From contig CAXXHB010000003.1 of NCBI GenBank assembly GCA_963664815.2, forward strand, positions 2,848,001-2,912,000: 64,000 bases of DNA. Direction: 5' to 3'. Below are positions 49,801-58,826 of this stretch, one piece after another. Each line of letters opens with the position of its first letter. Position 1 is the stretch's first letter. Source of the DNA: Spirochaetota bacterium (GTDB taxonomy: Bacteria; Spirochaetota; UBA4802; UBA5550). The position numbers and the translations under genes were made by a program. The notes beneath the pieces are model-generated. The model saw only the letters and a list, made by a program, of their open reading frames with translations. It was not told the DNA's origin and searched no databases.

Positions 49801-50940
49801 TTATTTAATCCATTTACTGATTATCTGAATGAAAGCCCCTATATTGAATGGCTTACGGATAACATCGTTAAATCCGGATCTTACCAGCTTTTCCCTGTCA
49901 TTTGCAATATCAAGCGCAGTAAAAGCTATAACAGGTATATCATCTTTAACAAAAAGATTTTTAATATTTCTTACAAGAGAAAGCCCGCTGATATCGGGTA
50001 GAGTCAGATCAAGAAGTATTATATCCGGCTTTATCTTCTCCAGCAGATCAAGTCCTCTTCCTCCATTTTCAGCATGATACACTTTTCCAAGTCCTTTAAA
50101 CTCATGTTCAATAATTGCATTAACAGGTATTATATTATCTATATCATCATCTATTACAAGCATTATAAACTCCCTGCCTACACGATGATTGAAATCTTCA
50201 GCCATTTCTCCTTCATCACTGTTTTTAATATTATTCTGCTTGCAGGGAATAGAAAATGAAACAATCACATCTCCTTTACAACCGATAGAGAAAAGAGCTT
50301 CGCCATTCAGATGACCCGCACAGATTGAAGCAAACTCCAGCCATAAAACTGAACTTGCACTGTAACCCTTTTCAATAATTTTGTATTTGTCAAATACCAT
50401 CAGATCATTTATTGAATCATCAGATTTATTTAAAGATGCTGTTAATAGTAAATTCGAAGAATGCGATATTGTTTTAAAATAAATTAAAGGAATATCATCC
50501 CCTGAGGAAAGAAAAAATAAACATATATTTTCAAGCATCCTGCATAATACATCTTTCTCCGGAATAAAAAATGATGATCCAAAATCTATATCGCTGACCA
50601 GAGAGCATCGGGTGTTGCGAACAATTGGAAGAATTGACAATAAAGAATTATCCAGTATTTCCCTTAATTCATCATGTGATTCTACATTCTGTTTTTCATT
50701 CTGATTGGATTTCTTTGAATAAGACAGATTATCGATAAAGGAGAGTTCCTCCATTATATATAAAATCTTTTTACCGTTTCTTTCAATAACTTCAAGATAT
50801 GAATTTTCATCATCTGTAAAACTGTTCCCGGAACCTCTTAAAAGGATGCCGGACAGATTAATTACAGGATTGAGTGAATTTTTAATTTCATGAGTTACTG
50901 ATGAGAAGAGCTCTCTATTCTTTGAATAATTTTTTTCCAC
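49801..50940 (-). CDS. HisKA-(degenerate HATPase)-REC protein
   Basis: VTHEIKNSLN H-box; no recognisable N/G boxes; IDDD...LDLTLPD...RKPF receiver. Confidence 0.82.
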   Translation of the reverse strand: MEKNYSKNRELFSSVTHEIKNSLNPVINLSGILLRGSGNSFTDDENSYLEVIERNGKKILYIMEELSFIDNLSYSKKSNQNEKQNVESHDELREILDNSLLSILPIVRNTRCSLVSDIDFGSSFFIPEKDVLCRMLENICLFFLSSGDDIPLIYFKTISHSSNLLLTASLNKSDDSINDLMVFDKYKIIEKGYSASSVLWLEFASICAGHLNGEALFSIGCKGDVIVSFSIPCKQNNIKNSDEGEMAEDFNHRVGREFIMLVIDDDIDNIIPVNAIIEHEFKGLGKVYHAENGGRGLDLLEKIKPDIILLDLTLPDISGLSLVRNIKNLFVKDDIPVIAFTALDIANDREKLVRSGFNDVIRKPFNIGAFIQIISKWIK

Positions 50941-50954
50941 AGATCAGCCGGTTA

Positions 50955-51443
50955 TTATATATTTAAAGATTTCTTCATCAGATAAAGTATATTATAAAAA
51001 ACAGTTATACCGCCGGTAAATCTTTCTTTTATTACACTGTTCCCCATACGGTCAATATCAGATTTAATATCTTTAACTTTGCTGTCAAGCTCATTATGTA
51101 TTCTGAGAGTCTCTTCCCGACCGAGCTTTGAAACAACCATGCCGAGATTATTATTTATTGTAGTTATGTCTGCAAACATCTCCCTGTAACTGCGTTTCAA
51201 ATCATTATCCATATTACGCAGAAGTACTTCCACTATCGCAATTCGGACAATTCGATATCCCTTTTGCACCTGAGCAGAATCGCCATGAGAAACAGATGCA
51301 GGATAAAGCAGACAGTAAATCTCACCCAGCTTTATCATGGAATCCAGACTAAAATCAAAATCCCCATTAAGCTTCAACAGCGATTCCCTGAACAATTCAG
51401 GTTCTACAGTATTTTCAAGAATTTCATATATTACACGATTCAT
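50955..51443 (-). CDS. Hypothetical helical protein within the signalling operon
   Basis: 162 aa; starts 1 nt after the kinase stop and ends 14 nt before the next gene. Confidence 0.7.
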   Translation of the reverse strand: MNRVIYEILENTVEPELFRESLLKLNGDFDFSLDSMIKLGEIYCLLYPASVSHGDSAQVQKGYRIVRIAIVEVLLRNMDNDLKRSYREMFADITTINNNLGMVVSKLGREETLRIHNELDSKVKDIKSDIDRMGNSVIKERFTGGITVFYNILYLMKKSLNI

Positions 51444-51444
51444 A

Positions 51445-53361
51445 TCAACCTGCCGGAAGTTTAATTATAAATTCAGTACCTTCGCCGGGCGTACTATTCA
51501 CGGTTATACGTCCGTTATGACGTTCGATAGTTCCATATGTTACTGCAAGCCCAAGTCCCGTCCCCTTCCCCAGTTCTTTTGTGGTAAAAAAGGGATCAAA
51601 TATCTTTCCTATATTCTCCGCAGAAATCCCGATACCGGTGTCTTTTACTGAAATAAGTATACAGTTTTCACCTTCAACATGAGAGGTACTAATTATCAAT
51701 TCACCTCCGTCAGGCATGGCATCGGCAGCGTTAAGGGCAAGATTATTAATTACAGATTTCATCTGATTCACGTCTATCAGTATCTCCGGAATATTGTATG
51801 AGAAATTCCTTGTAACTCTTATTTTTCTAAGGTTTACATGTTTCTCCAGTATAGCCAGAACATTGTTTATTATTTTGTTGATATCCGTATACTCTTTTTC
51901 AAGACTAGTCTCTCTTGCAAAATCAAGCACTTCTTTCAGAATTTTTCTGCACCTAATGGTTTCATCTATTATAACATTTAAATCTTCAACATATTCGGTT
52001 TCCGCAAGCTCATCTTTCAGCATGCTGCTATATGCAAGAACTCCCGTAAGAGGATTGTTGATTTCATGCGCTATTCCTGCAGCGAGCCTGCCAAGCGATG
52101 CGAGTTTTTCAGATTGTGCAAGCTGATTATGCGTAGTCTCTTTAATTTTCTGATCCCTGTCATATATGGCATCTATCATTCTGTTAAACGCTTTTGAAAG
52201 GTGACTCAATTCACTTTCTCTGAACACTCTCAGCTTTTTGCTGTAATTCCCACCGGCAATCACCTCAGAAGCAGCAACAACTTCATTGATCGGTTTTATG
52301 ATTCTGTTTATCAGATAAAAAGATATAAGAACAGCGCACATGGCGGTAATGAGGGTTATATATAAAAAATATTTTACCGTATTATCTTTTATTTTATCAA
52401 ATCGCTCCTGTGGGACACCCACATAAAGTATACCGATAATTGTATTATTTGTATCATATATTGGTGTATATGCAGCGAGAAACCATCTGCTCACTACAAA
52501 AGCCCTGTCAACCCAGTCCTCCCCTCTGTCAAATATACTTTCATAGACCTTCGATGATACCTGCGTTCCTGTTAACCTCTTCCCATCCCCTCTGACTACA
52601 TTAGTAGATATTCTTATGTCATCAAGAAAAATAGTGGCTTTCCCTGCCGCATAATCCGTTACACTTTCAGATGGAAAAACAAGGTTCTTTATTTTATCAA
52701 CAATTTCGAAATTATTATTTACTATAAAAGCACCATATATAACACCTACAAACTTTCCATTCACAAACATAGGAGTAGCCGAATTGAGAACCAGAGCTCT
52801 GTCTTCACGTTGCTTTGTTATATGCCTCCCCATTTCAGTAGGGACGATATCAATCAGGGCTTTTTCTGCTATATCTTTACCTTCCTTTAAAAGAATGTCT
52901 CTTGTTAGAATACCGGATCCAGATAAATCTTTTAATGATTCAGTCACTTTTTTTATACACTGAATATCGAGAGCTGAGTCGCCATTAAATCCGCTGTTAT
53001 TAACCCTCTGAATAACCTTTCCCTTACTATCAGTAATAATAATTATATCAGCCCCGATCCAGTTTTTCAATTTCAGGAGTTTTGATTTAAGAAATTTTCT
53101 ATCCTGTTTTTCTACAGCTCTGCATATATAATCAAGATTGCCAATATAGTTCAAAGTCATTTCGATCTGATAAAGTCTGTTGTTATAAATATACTGTGCT
53201 GTTATTAAATCACTTCTTACAGATTCATATGCCTGTTCAATTATCCCTCTGTTTATTATTCTGTAACCGGCAAATATTGATGAAATGCCTGTTAAAGCTA
53301 CGAGAAAGAGAAATCCCAGCATCAATTTATTTTTTATACTGTTTTGTTTTATCCGTTTCAT
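51445..53361 (-). CDS. Membrane sensor histidine kinase (Cache-HAMP-HisKA-HATPase, NtrB-type)
   Basis: Two TM helices; ATIFLDDIRISTNV Cache_3-like region; AHEINNPL, LNAADAM, DTGIGI, FDPFFTTK and GTGLGL. Confidence 0.94.
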   Translation of the reverse strand: MKRIKQNSIKNKLMLGFLFLVALTGISSIFAGYRIINRGIIEQAYESVRSDLITAQYIYNNRLYQIEMTLNYIGNLDYICRAVEKQDRKFLKSKLLKLKNWIGADIIIITDSKGKVIQRVNNSGFNGDSALDIQCIKKVTESLKDLSGSGILTRDILLKEGKDIAEKALIDIVPTEMGRHITKQREDRALVLNSATPMFVNGKFVGVIYGAFIVNNNFEIVDKIKNLVFPSESVTDYAAGKATIFLDDIRISTNVVRGDGKRLTGTQVSSKVYESIFDRGEDWVDRAFVVSRWFLAAYTPIYDTNNTIIGILYVGVPQERFDKIKDNTVKYFLYITLITAMCAVLISFYLINRIIKPINEVVAASEVIAGGNYSKKLRVFRESELSHLSKAFNRMIDAIYDRDQKIKETTHNQLAQSEKLASLGRLAAGIAHEINNPLTGVLAYSSMLKDELAETEYVEDLNVIIDETIRCRKILKEVLDFARETSLEKEYTDINKIINNVLAILEKHVNLRKIRVTRNFSYNIPEILIDVNQMKSVINNLALNAADAMPDGGELIISTSHVEGENCILISVKDTGIGISAENIGKIFDPFFTTKELGKGTGLGLAVTYGTIERHNGRITVNSTPGEGTEFIIKLPAG

Positions 53362-53775
53362 AATATATCAATTCGCAATTTAGATCACACGCTTCCACTT
53401 AAATTTATTAAACTAATCAGTAAAAAAATCTGATATTAACTTTTCAACAATTCAGGAAAAAGTTTACAATATCAGTTTATATCAATTAATAAAGCATTAT
53501 TTCTCCATCTTTGGTACAGGAGAATAATCCTTTTATCAAAAAAGTTATTGATAAATTTGATTTATTTAATAATCACTAATAACTCTTACCAGTCAAGAAC
53601 AAAGTTGCACTAGTTATCATGAGTTTGATTGATGCTTAAAAAATAAAAATTGAACCTGCTATTATGTAAAAAGGTCTGATTTTTTACGATTTACACGTAA
53701 TTCCATGATGGCTATCAGCCGGATATTTTATTAAAACATTTTTTCGAATATAAATCCCTGAAGAATGGAGAAAGT

Positions 53776-55074
53776 ATGACAGAAATAAAAAGAATTCCAA
53801 TTGAATATTATAGCATCAAGGATGCGCTTGATAAAACAGAAATGGAAAGCAGATCAGGTAATGCGGTTGATTTTATAAATAAAAAAATTGCCTCTCTACA
53901 AACACTTGATGAAATAATTGATTTCCTTTTCATAAATATTCAACAGATAATTCCATGTGACAGAATAGCTGTTTCTTTTTTTGAAGAAAATGGTAAAAGA
54001 GCAACCATATATTATGTAAAGGCAAACTACAATAGCATATATCTTAAAAAGGGTTACAGTGCCGATATAAACAACAGCTCTCTGGAAAAAATATTTAATG
54101 ATGGAACTCCCCGTATTATTAACGATCTTCAGGAGTACCTTAAAACACATCCTGCAAGTGATACTACATTACTTCTTGTTAAAGAAGGTATAAATTCAAG
54201 CATAACAGCACCCCTTTCTGTTGAAGGGAGACCAGTGGGTTTGATCTTCATAAGCTCAAAAAACCGGAATATATATGACTCTACTCACATCATTAATCAT
54301 ATGCTTATTGTGGAAAGAATAGGTCAGGCCGTTGAGAAGACTTTCAGGATAGAACAGCTTTCTGAATCAATAAATTCATACCTTGAAATGCTCAGCTTCG
54401 TCAGCCATGAGCTTAAAAGCCCTCTTGATTCTATAATAACACTGGGAAATACTCTCGCCGGGGGATATTTCGGAGAGGTAAATGAAAAGCATAAAGATTA
54501 CATCATCCGAATGGTTAACAAGGCCAAATACCTTAAGGAGATGACTACTGAATACCTTACACTCTCAAGATTTGAAAATAAAAATGTTGATCTCTACATT
54601 ACCGAAACAGATATGGCAAAAAATATTATAGAAGAATCTCTTGATATAGTGATGCCTCTCGCAGCAGAAAAAAAAATAACAATTAACAAAAATATAACCC
54701 GTAATATAATAGTTGAATGTGATGCGACTCTGATAAAAATTGTAACCAATAATATTTTAAGCAATGCAGTAAAATACAGCGATGAAAATGGAAAAGTGGA
54801 TATTAATCTATCATCAGATGGAGTTGATATTATACTATCAGTAAAAAATACCGGGCCGGGATTCCCTGAAGAAGCAAAATCAAAGCTATTCAGAAAATTT
54901 TCAAGAATAGAAAAAAGTGAGTTAATGAAAAGAAAAGGTACTGGAGTCGGCCTTTATAACAGCTGGAAAATAATAAAGCTCCATAATGGCCATATATGGG
55001 CAGAGTCAAAAGAGAATGAATGGGCTGAATTTTCTTTCAGAATACCATTGAAAAATATTAAAAAACAGATATAG
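53776..55074 (+). CDS. GAF-domain sensor histidine kinase
   Basis: PRIINDL...EGINSSITAPL GAF; VSHELKSP, SNAVKY and GTGVGL. Confidence 0.92.
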   Translation: MTEIKRIPIEYYSIKDALDKTEMESRSGNAVDFINKKIASLQTLDEIIDFLFINIQQIIPCDRIAVSFFEENGKRATIYYVKANYNSIYLKKGYSADINNSSLEKIFNDGTPRIINDLQEYLKTHPASDTTLLLVKEGINSSITAPLSVEGRPVGLIFISSKNRNIYDSTHIINHMLIVERIGQAVEKTFRIEQLSESINSYLEMLSFVSHELKSPLDSIITLGNTLAGGYFGEVNEKHKDYIIRMVNKAKYLKEMTTEYLTLSRFENKNVDLYITETDMAKNIIEESLDIVMPLAAEKKITINKNITRNIIVECDATLIKIVTNNILSNAVKYSDENGKVDINLSSDGVDIILSVKNTGPGFPEEAKSKLFRKFSRIEKSELMKRKGTGVGLYNSWKIIKLHNGHIWAESKENEWAEFSFRIPLKNIKKQI

Positions 55075-55194
55075 TTATATCATGGATTTTTCAACTTCGC
55101 ATCCCTGTTCTCCCGGAGGAGATTGGGATTAGGACAACGATGAAGTCTCTGGCTGAAAATGACTTCTAACAAGATAAAAAAAGAATAGTTAAAT

Positions 55195-56307
55195 ATGATA
55201 AACAAAGATTATGAACAAACCGGACTTTTATACTTCACACTTCCTGCCAAAAGAGGAAGCGGCAGCGACATATCAAACACATACGCTTTTACTACAGGGA
55301 AACATTGGTATATAATTGATACATCATGCGGTAAAAAAAGGTACAGGGAACTGAAAGAATTCCTGAAATATAAAAATAACTATACCATCCTCTGCACTCA
55401 TTACCACAATGACCATATTGCAAATAACGGAAGATTGGTTCATAACTCCGGAAAAATTTTTTACCATCCGAATGCCAGATCCAAAATACGGAATCTCCGC
55501 ACTAATGCCACTGGACAGATACTTATGATGTACAGGGAACTCGATAAAAAAGGTTTTCTGAAGCGAATGGGATATTTTAGCGATGGTTTTATTGATTTTA
55601 TGCTGAAAAGAAAGTTCACCTCTGAATATGTTATGATTCCAGTACTGTTGATTGCAACCTATTTTTTTTCAATATCAAATATCGGAAGAATCTATCCAGG
55701 AATAAATCATATAGAGTTCTTCGACGAAAATAAAAAAATAAAGGTAAACCTGAACGGGTTAGAGACAGCAGGATGGCTGATCGATGAAGGAATATACGCG
55801 ATAGAAACTCCCGGACATTCAGACTGTCATGTGATGTATTACTGGAGCGATAAAAAAATCCTGTTTACGGGTGATGCGCTTAATTTTCTCACCCCCAATG
55901 ATATACAGTTCGGAGAAATTCAAAGTACAATGGAATCTCAAAAGATGATTCTCAAAATTGCGGATAAAGAAAATATATTGATGATCTGTCAGGGTCATTA
56001 TATACCTCTTGAAAATAATAAAGCCATTGTTGAATACATTTCTGATACTATTGCCAAACATGAGCATGTTTATAATAAATTAAAAAATTTCTTAAATCAG
56101 GACAACATCTATCTAGGTTTTGATGAACTGTACAACAGAATCTGCGGCATGGATGACTCCGTCATACAAAAATTGCTGAAGATAACATTTCCCAGATCTA
56201 CTCTGGTATTCCTTGATGTCTATCTCCTTAAAGTAATCAAAGAAACCATGATTAAAAACAATTTCCCTGAAAAAGAGATATGCGCTGAAGATGGAAATAA
56301 AATATAG
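55195..56307 (+). CDS. MBL-fold metallo-hydrolase
   Basis: IIDT, THYHNDH, TPGHS, FTGD and QGH. Confidence 0.85.
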   Translation: MINKDYEQTGLLYFTLPAKRGSGSDISNTYAFTTGKHWYIIDTSCGKKRYRELKEFLKYKNNYTILCTHYHNDHIANNGRLVHNSGKIFYHPNARSKIRNLRTNATGQILMMYRELDKKGFLKRMGYFSDGFIDFMLKRKFTSEYVMIPVLLIATYFFSISNIGRIYPGINHIEFFDENKKIKVNLNGLETAGWLIDEGIYAIETPGHSDCHVMYYWSDKKILFTGDALNFLTPNDIQFGEIQSTMESQKMILKIADKENILMICQGHYIPLENNKAIVEYISDTIAKHEHVYNKLKNFLNQDNIYLGFDELYNRICGMDDSVIQKLLKITFPRSTLVFLDVYLLKVIKETMIKNNFPEKEICAEDGNKI

Positions 56308-58438
56308 AAAAGAACTTAATGATATTCGCACTGATTTGTTATATGTGAATTCTTTCCAGTCAGTCATTCCGCTTCTTGTAATAGTCATGTTTGCTATTTT
56401 CTGGTTCCGTGACATTCTGAATTATTATAATGTCTATCACCATGTTTTATATATCTGGTTCCCGTTTGCAGTTTTTTCATTTACAGTCAAGATTTTCATG
56501 GGCATTGCATATAATAAAATAAAAAATAAAGATAAAAAATTATGGCGCAGGCTCTTTTACTTCACAACCGCTCTGACCGGTATCGTTTTTGGGTCATATC
56601 TTTATTTTTTACATTATATAGATGATCACACATACATTTTCTTTTTCATTCTGCTTTTAGGCGCACTGTCATCAGGTTCAGTAAGCACACATTCAACAAG
56701 CATGACTGCTTTTATAATATACAATTCACTGGCTCTTTTCCCTTATTCAATATATTTTATCCTTTCATTTAAAAACGGTTATCAGCCTGTAGGTTTCCTT
56801 ATTGTTCTTTTTCTCGGGACAATTTCCATTACTGCATACAGGGTTAATAAAACTCTTACAAAATCTCTTGCACTCTCGCTGGAAAATGAATCAATTATTG
56901 ATAAACTCAGCCAGTCGGAAGAAAAGTTCTCCAAATCATTCCACTCCGGGATTGCACCAATGGCGATGCTCAGAATTGAAGATGCAAAATTTATCGATGT
57001 AAACAATGCCATGACTAATCTTGTTAAATATTCAAAAGATGAGATTATAGGTAAAAATCCTTATGAACTTAATCTCTATGAAAAAGCTGAGGATGCCATT
57101 GACATTGTCATTGAAGCATCAGAATCGGGGCATATTTCCAATAGAGAAATATCTTTAAGAACAGGAGATAATAAAATAAGACACTGTCTTGTCACTATTG
57201 AGAATTTCGTTCTCGATGATTCAAGTATAGCGCTTATTATGCTTCAGGATTTTACAGAGCGGATTGAACATGAAAAGGAACTTGAGTTTGAAAAAGACAG
57301 AGCCGAAACCGCTGCGAGTGCTAAAACAAAATTCCTGGCTTCAATGAGCCATGAGATAAGAACACCAATGAATTCGATCCTCGGCATGGCCAACCTTGCA
57401 CTTATGACAGAAGACAGCAAAGAAAGAAATGAATACCTGAATGTAGTAAAAGATTCAGGAAATTACCTTATGGTTCTTATTAATGATATCCTTGACATGA
57501 CAAAAATTGAAGCCGGAAAAGTTGAGATTGACCTTATTGATACCGATCTAAGCAATCTGATTACAAGTATATACCGTTCAATGGAATTGCTTGTGCTCAG
57601 CAAAAAACTTACATTCAGAAAAAAAATCAGCCCAGATGTACCTGTATATATAAAATCCGCACCTGAAAGATTAAGGCAGATATTGATTAATCTCATAGGT
57701 AACGCCCTTAAATTTACAAGTACCGGCGGCATTGAACTTGATATTTCTCTTTCGGATGGAAAGAATTACAATCACAATTCCGATGCCCGTCGTTTCATTG
57801 AATTTTCAGTGACAGATACCGGTATAGGAATACCGGCCGACAAACATGAAATTATTTTTGAGAGTTTTACCCAGGCAGATCCATCAACATTCAGAAAATT
57901 CGGAGGAACAGGCCTTGGACTTGCAATTTGTAAACAGATTATCAAACTTATGAACGGAGATATCAAGGTCTTAAGCGAACCGAACAAAGGTAGCACATTC
58001 AGTTTTATTATACCTTTAATCCTCGGAGAAAGGCCCTGCATTGATGATATTGAGCCTTATGTAAAAAATGACAATAACGGTTTCCTGAGAATACTTATCG
58101 CGGAAGATAATATCATGAACCAGAAGCTCATTGAAGCATATATGAAAAAACTGGGCCGTACTTATTCTTTGGTAGAAAACGGGGTTGAAGTCATTGAAAG
58201 ACTAAAAAATGAAAAATTCGATATAATTTTTATGGATCTCGAAATGCCTGTTCTTGACGGTTATGAAGCCATGAAAAAAATCAGATCAGGCGAAGCCGGG
58301 TTTGACAATGCAAATATAGTAATCTATGCAATGAGCGCACATGTATTACAGGATACAATAGATAAATGTGTTGATGAAGGGTTTAACGGGTACATAATCA
58401 AGCCACTTGACCTGAAAAAAATCAGGGATATATTATAA
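56291..58438 (+). CDS. Hybrid sensor kinase (multi-TM, PAS, HisKA, HATPase, REC)
   Basis: MSHEIRTPMN, NLIGNALKFT, DTGIGI, GGTGLGL and AEDN...MDLEMP...KP. Confidence 0.94.
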   Translation: MEIKYRKELNDIRTDLLYVNSFQSVIPLLVIVMFAIFWFRDILNYYNVYHHVLYIWFPFAVFSFTVKIFMGIAYNKIKNKDKKLWRRLFYFTTALTGIVFGSYLYFLHYIDDHTYIFFFILLLGALSSGSVSTHSTSMTAFIIYNSLALFPYSIYFILSFKNGYQPVGFLIVLFLGTISITAYRVNKTLTKSLALSLENESIIDKLSQSEEKFSKSFHSGIAPMAMLRIEDAKFIDVNNAMTNLVKYSKDEIIGKNPYELNLYEKAEDAIDIVIEASESGHISNREISLRTGDNKIRHCLVTIENFVLDDSSIALIMLQDFTERIEHEKELEFEKDRAETAASAKTKFLASMSHEIRTPMNSILGMANLALMTEDSKERNEYLNVVKDSGNYLMVLINDILDMTKIEAGKVEIDLIDTDLSNLITSIYRSMELLVLSKKLTFRKKISPDVPVYIKSAPERLRQILINLIGNALKFTSTGGIELDISLSDGKNYNHNSDARRFIEFSVTDTGIGIPADKHEIIFESFTQADPSTFRKFGGTGLGLAICKQIIKLMNGDIKVLSEPNKGSTFSFIIPLILGERPCIDDIEPYVKNDNNGFLRILIAEDNIMNQKLIEAYMKKLGRTYSLVENGVEVIERLKNEKFDIIFMDLEMPVLDGYEAMKKIRSGEAGFDNANIVIYAMSAHVLQDTIDKCVDEGFNGYIIKPLDLKKIRDIL

Positions 58439-58555
58439 TTTTAAAAGACGGAATATCTACATCAGACATAATTACTACTCCTGTAATATTAGATGTGTAT
58501 TATTGCATTAACGAAGAATTTATGTATTTCAAATACTTCATCTCCTATTCCGTAT

Positions 58556-58606
58556 TTAAACCTGTTAAAACTGTAATTCTGAACACGATTACAGGATTTA
58601 ATGATT
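58556..58606. repeat. Second (partial) copy of the 7645-7695 dispersed repeat
   Basis: TTAAACCTGTTAAAACTGTAATTCTGAACACGATTACAGGATTTAATGATT; 5 substitutions relative to copy 1. Confidence 0.7.
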
Positions 58607-58826
58607 GCCGGTACTAGATGTTTAGGAATTGTAAACTAAAGTACTCTATAGCCCCTGTCTGATTTGGCAGAGGGCCAATATATGTAAACCCCAAGCTCTG
58701 AGTAATTTCCAGTGTAATTTTCCTGAATCCAGACAATTACACTCTAAAAGATTCTTAATTTTTTACTTGACTCCAAACAGTAAATATAATTTTTAAATTT
58801 ATTCAATAAATTTAAAGTGTGGTATT

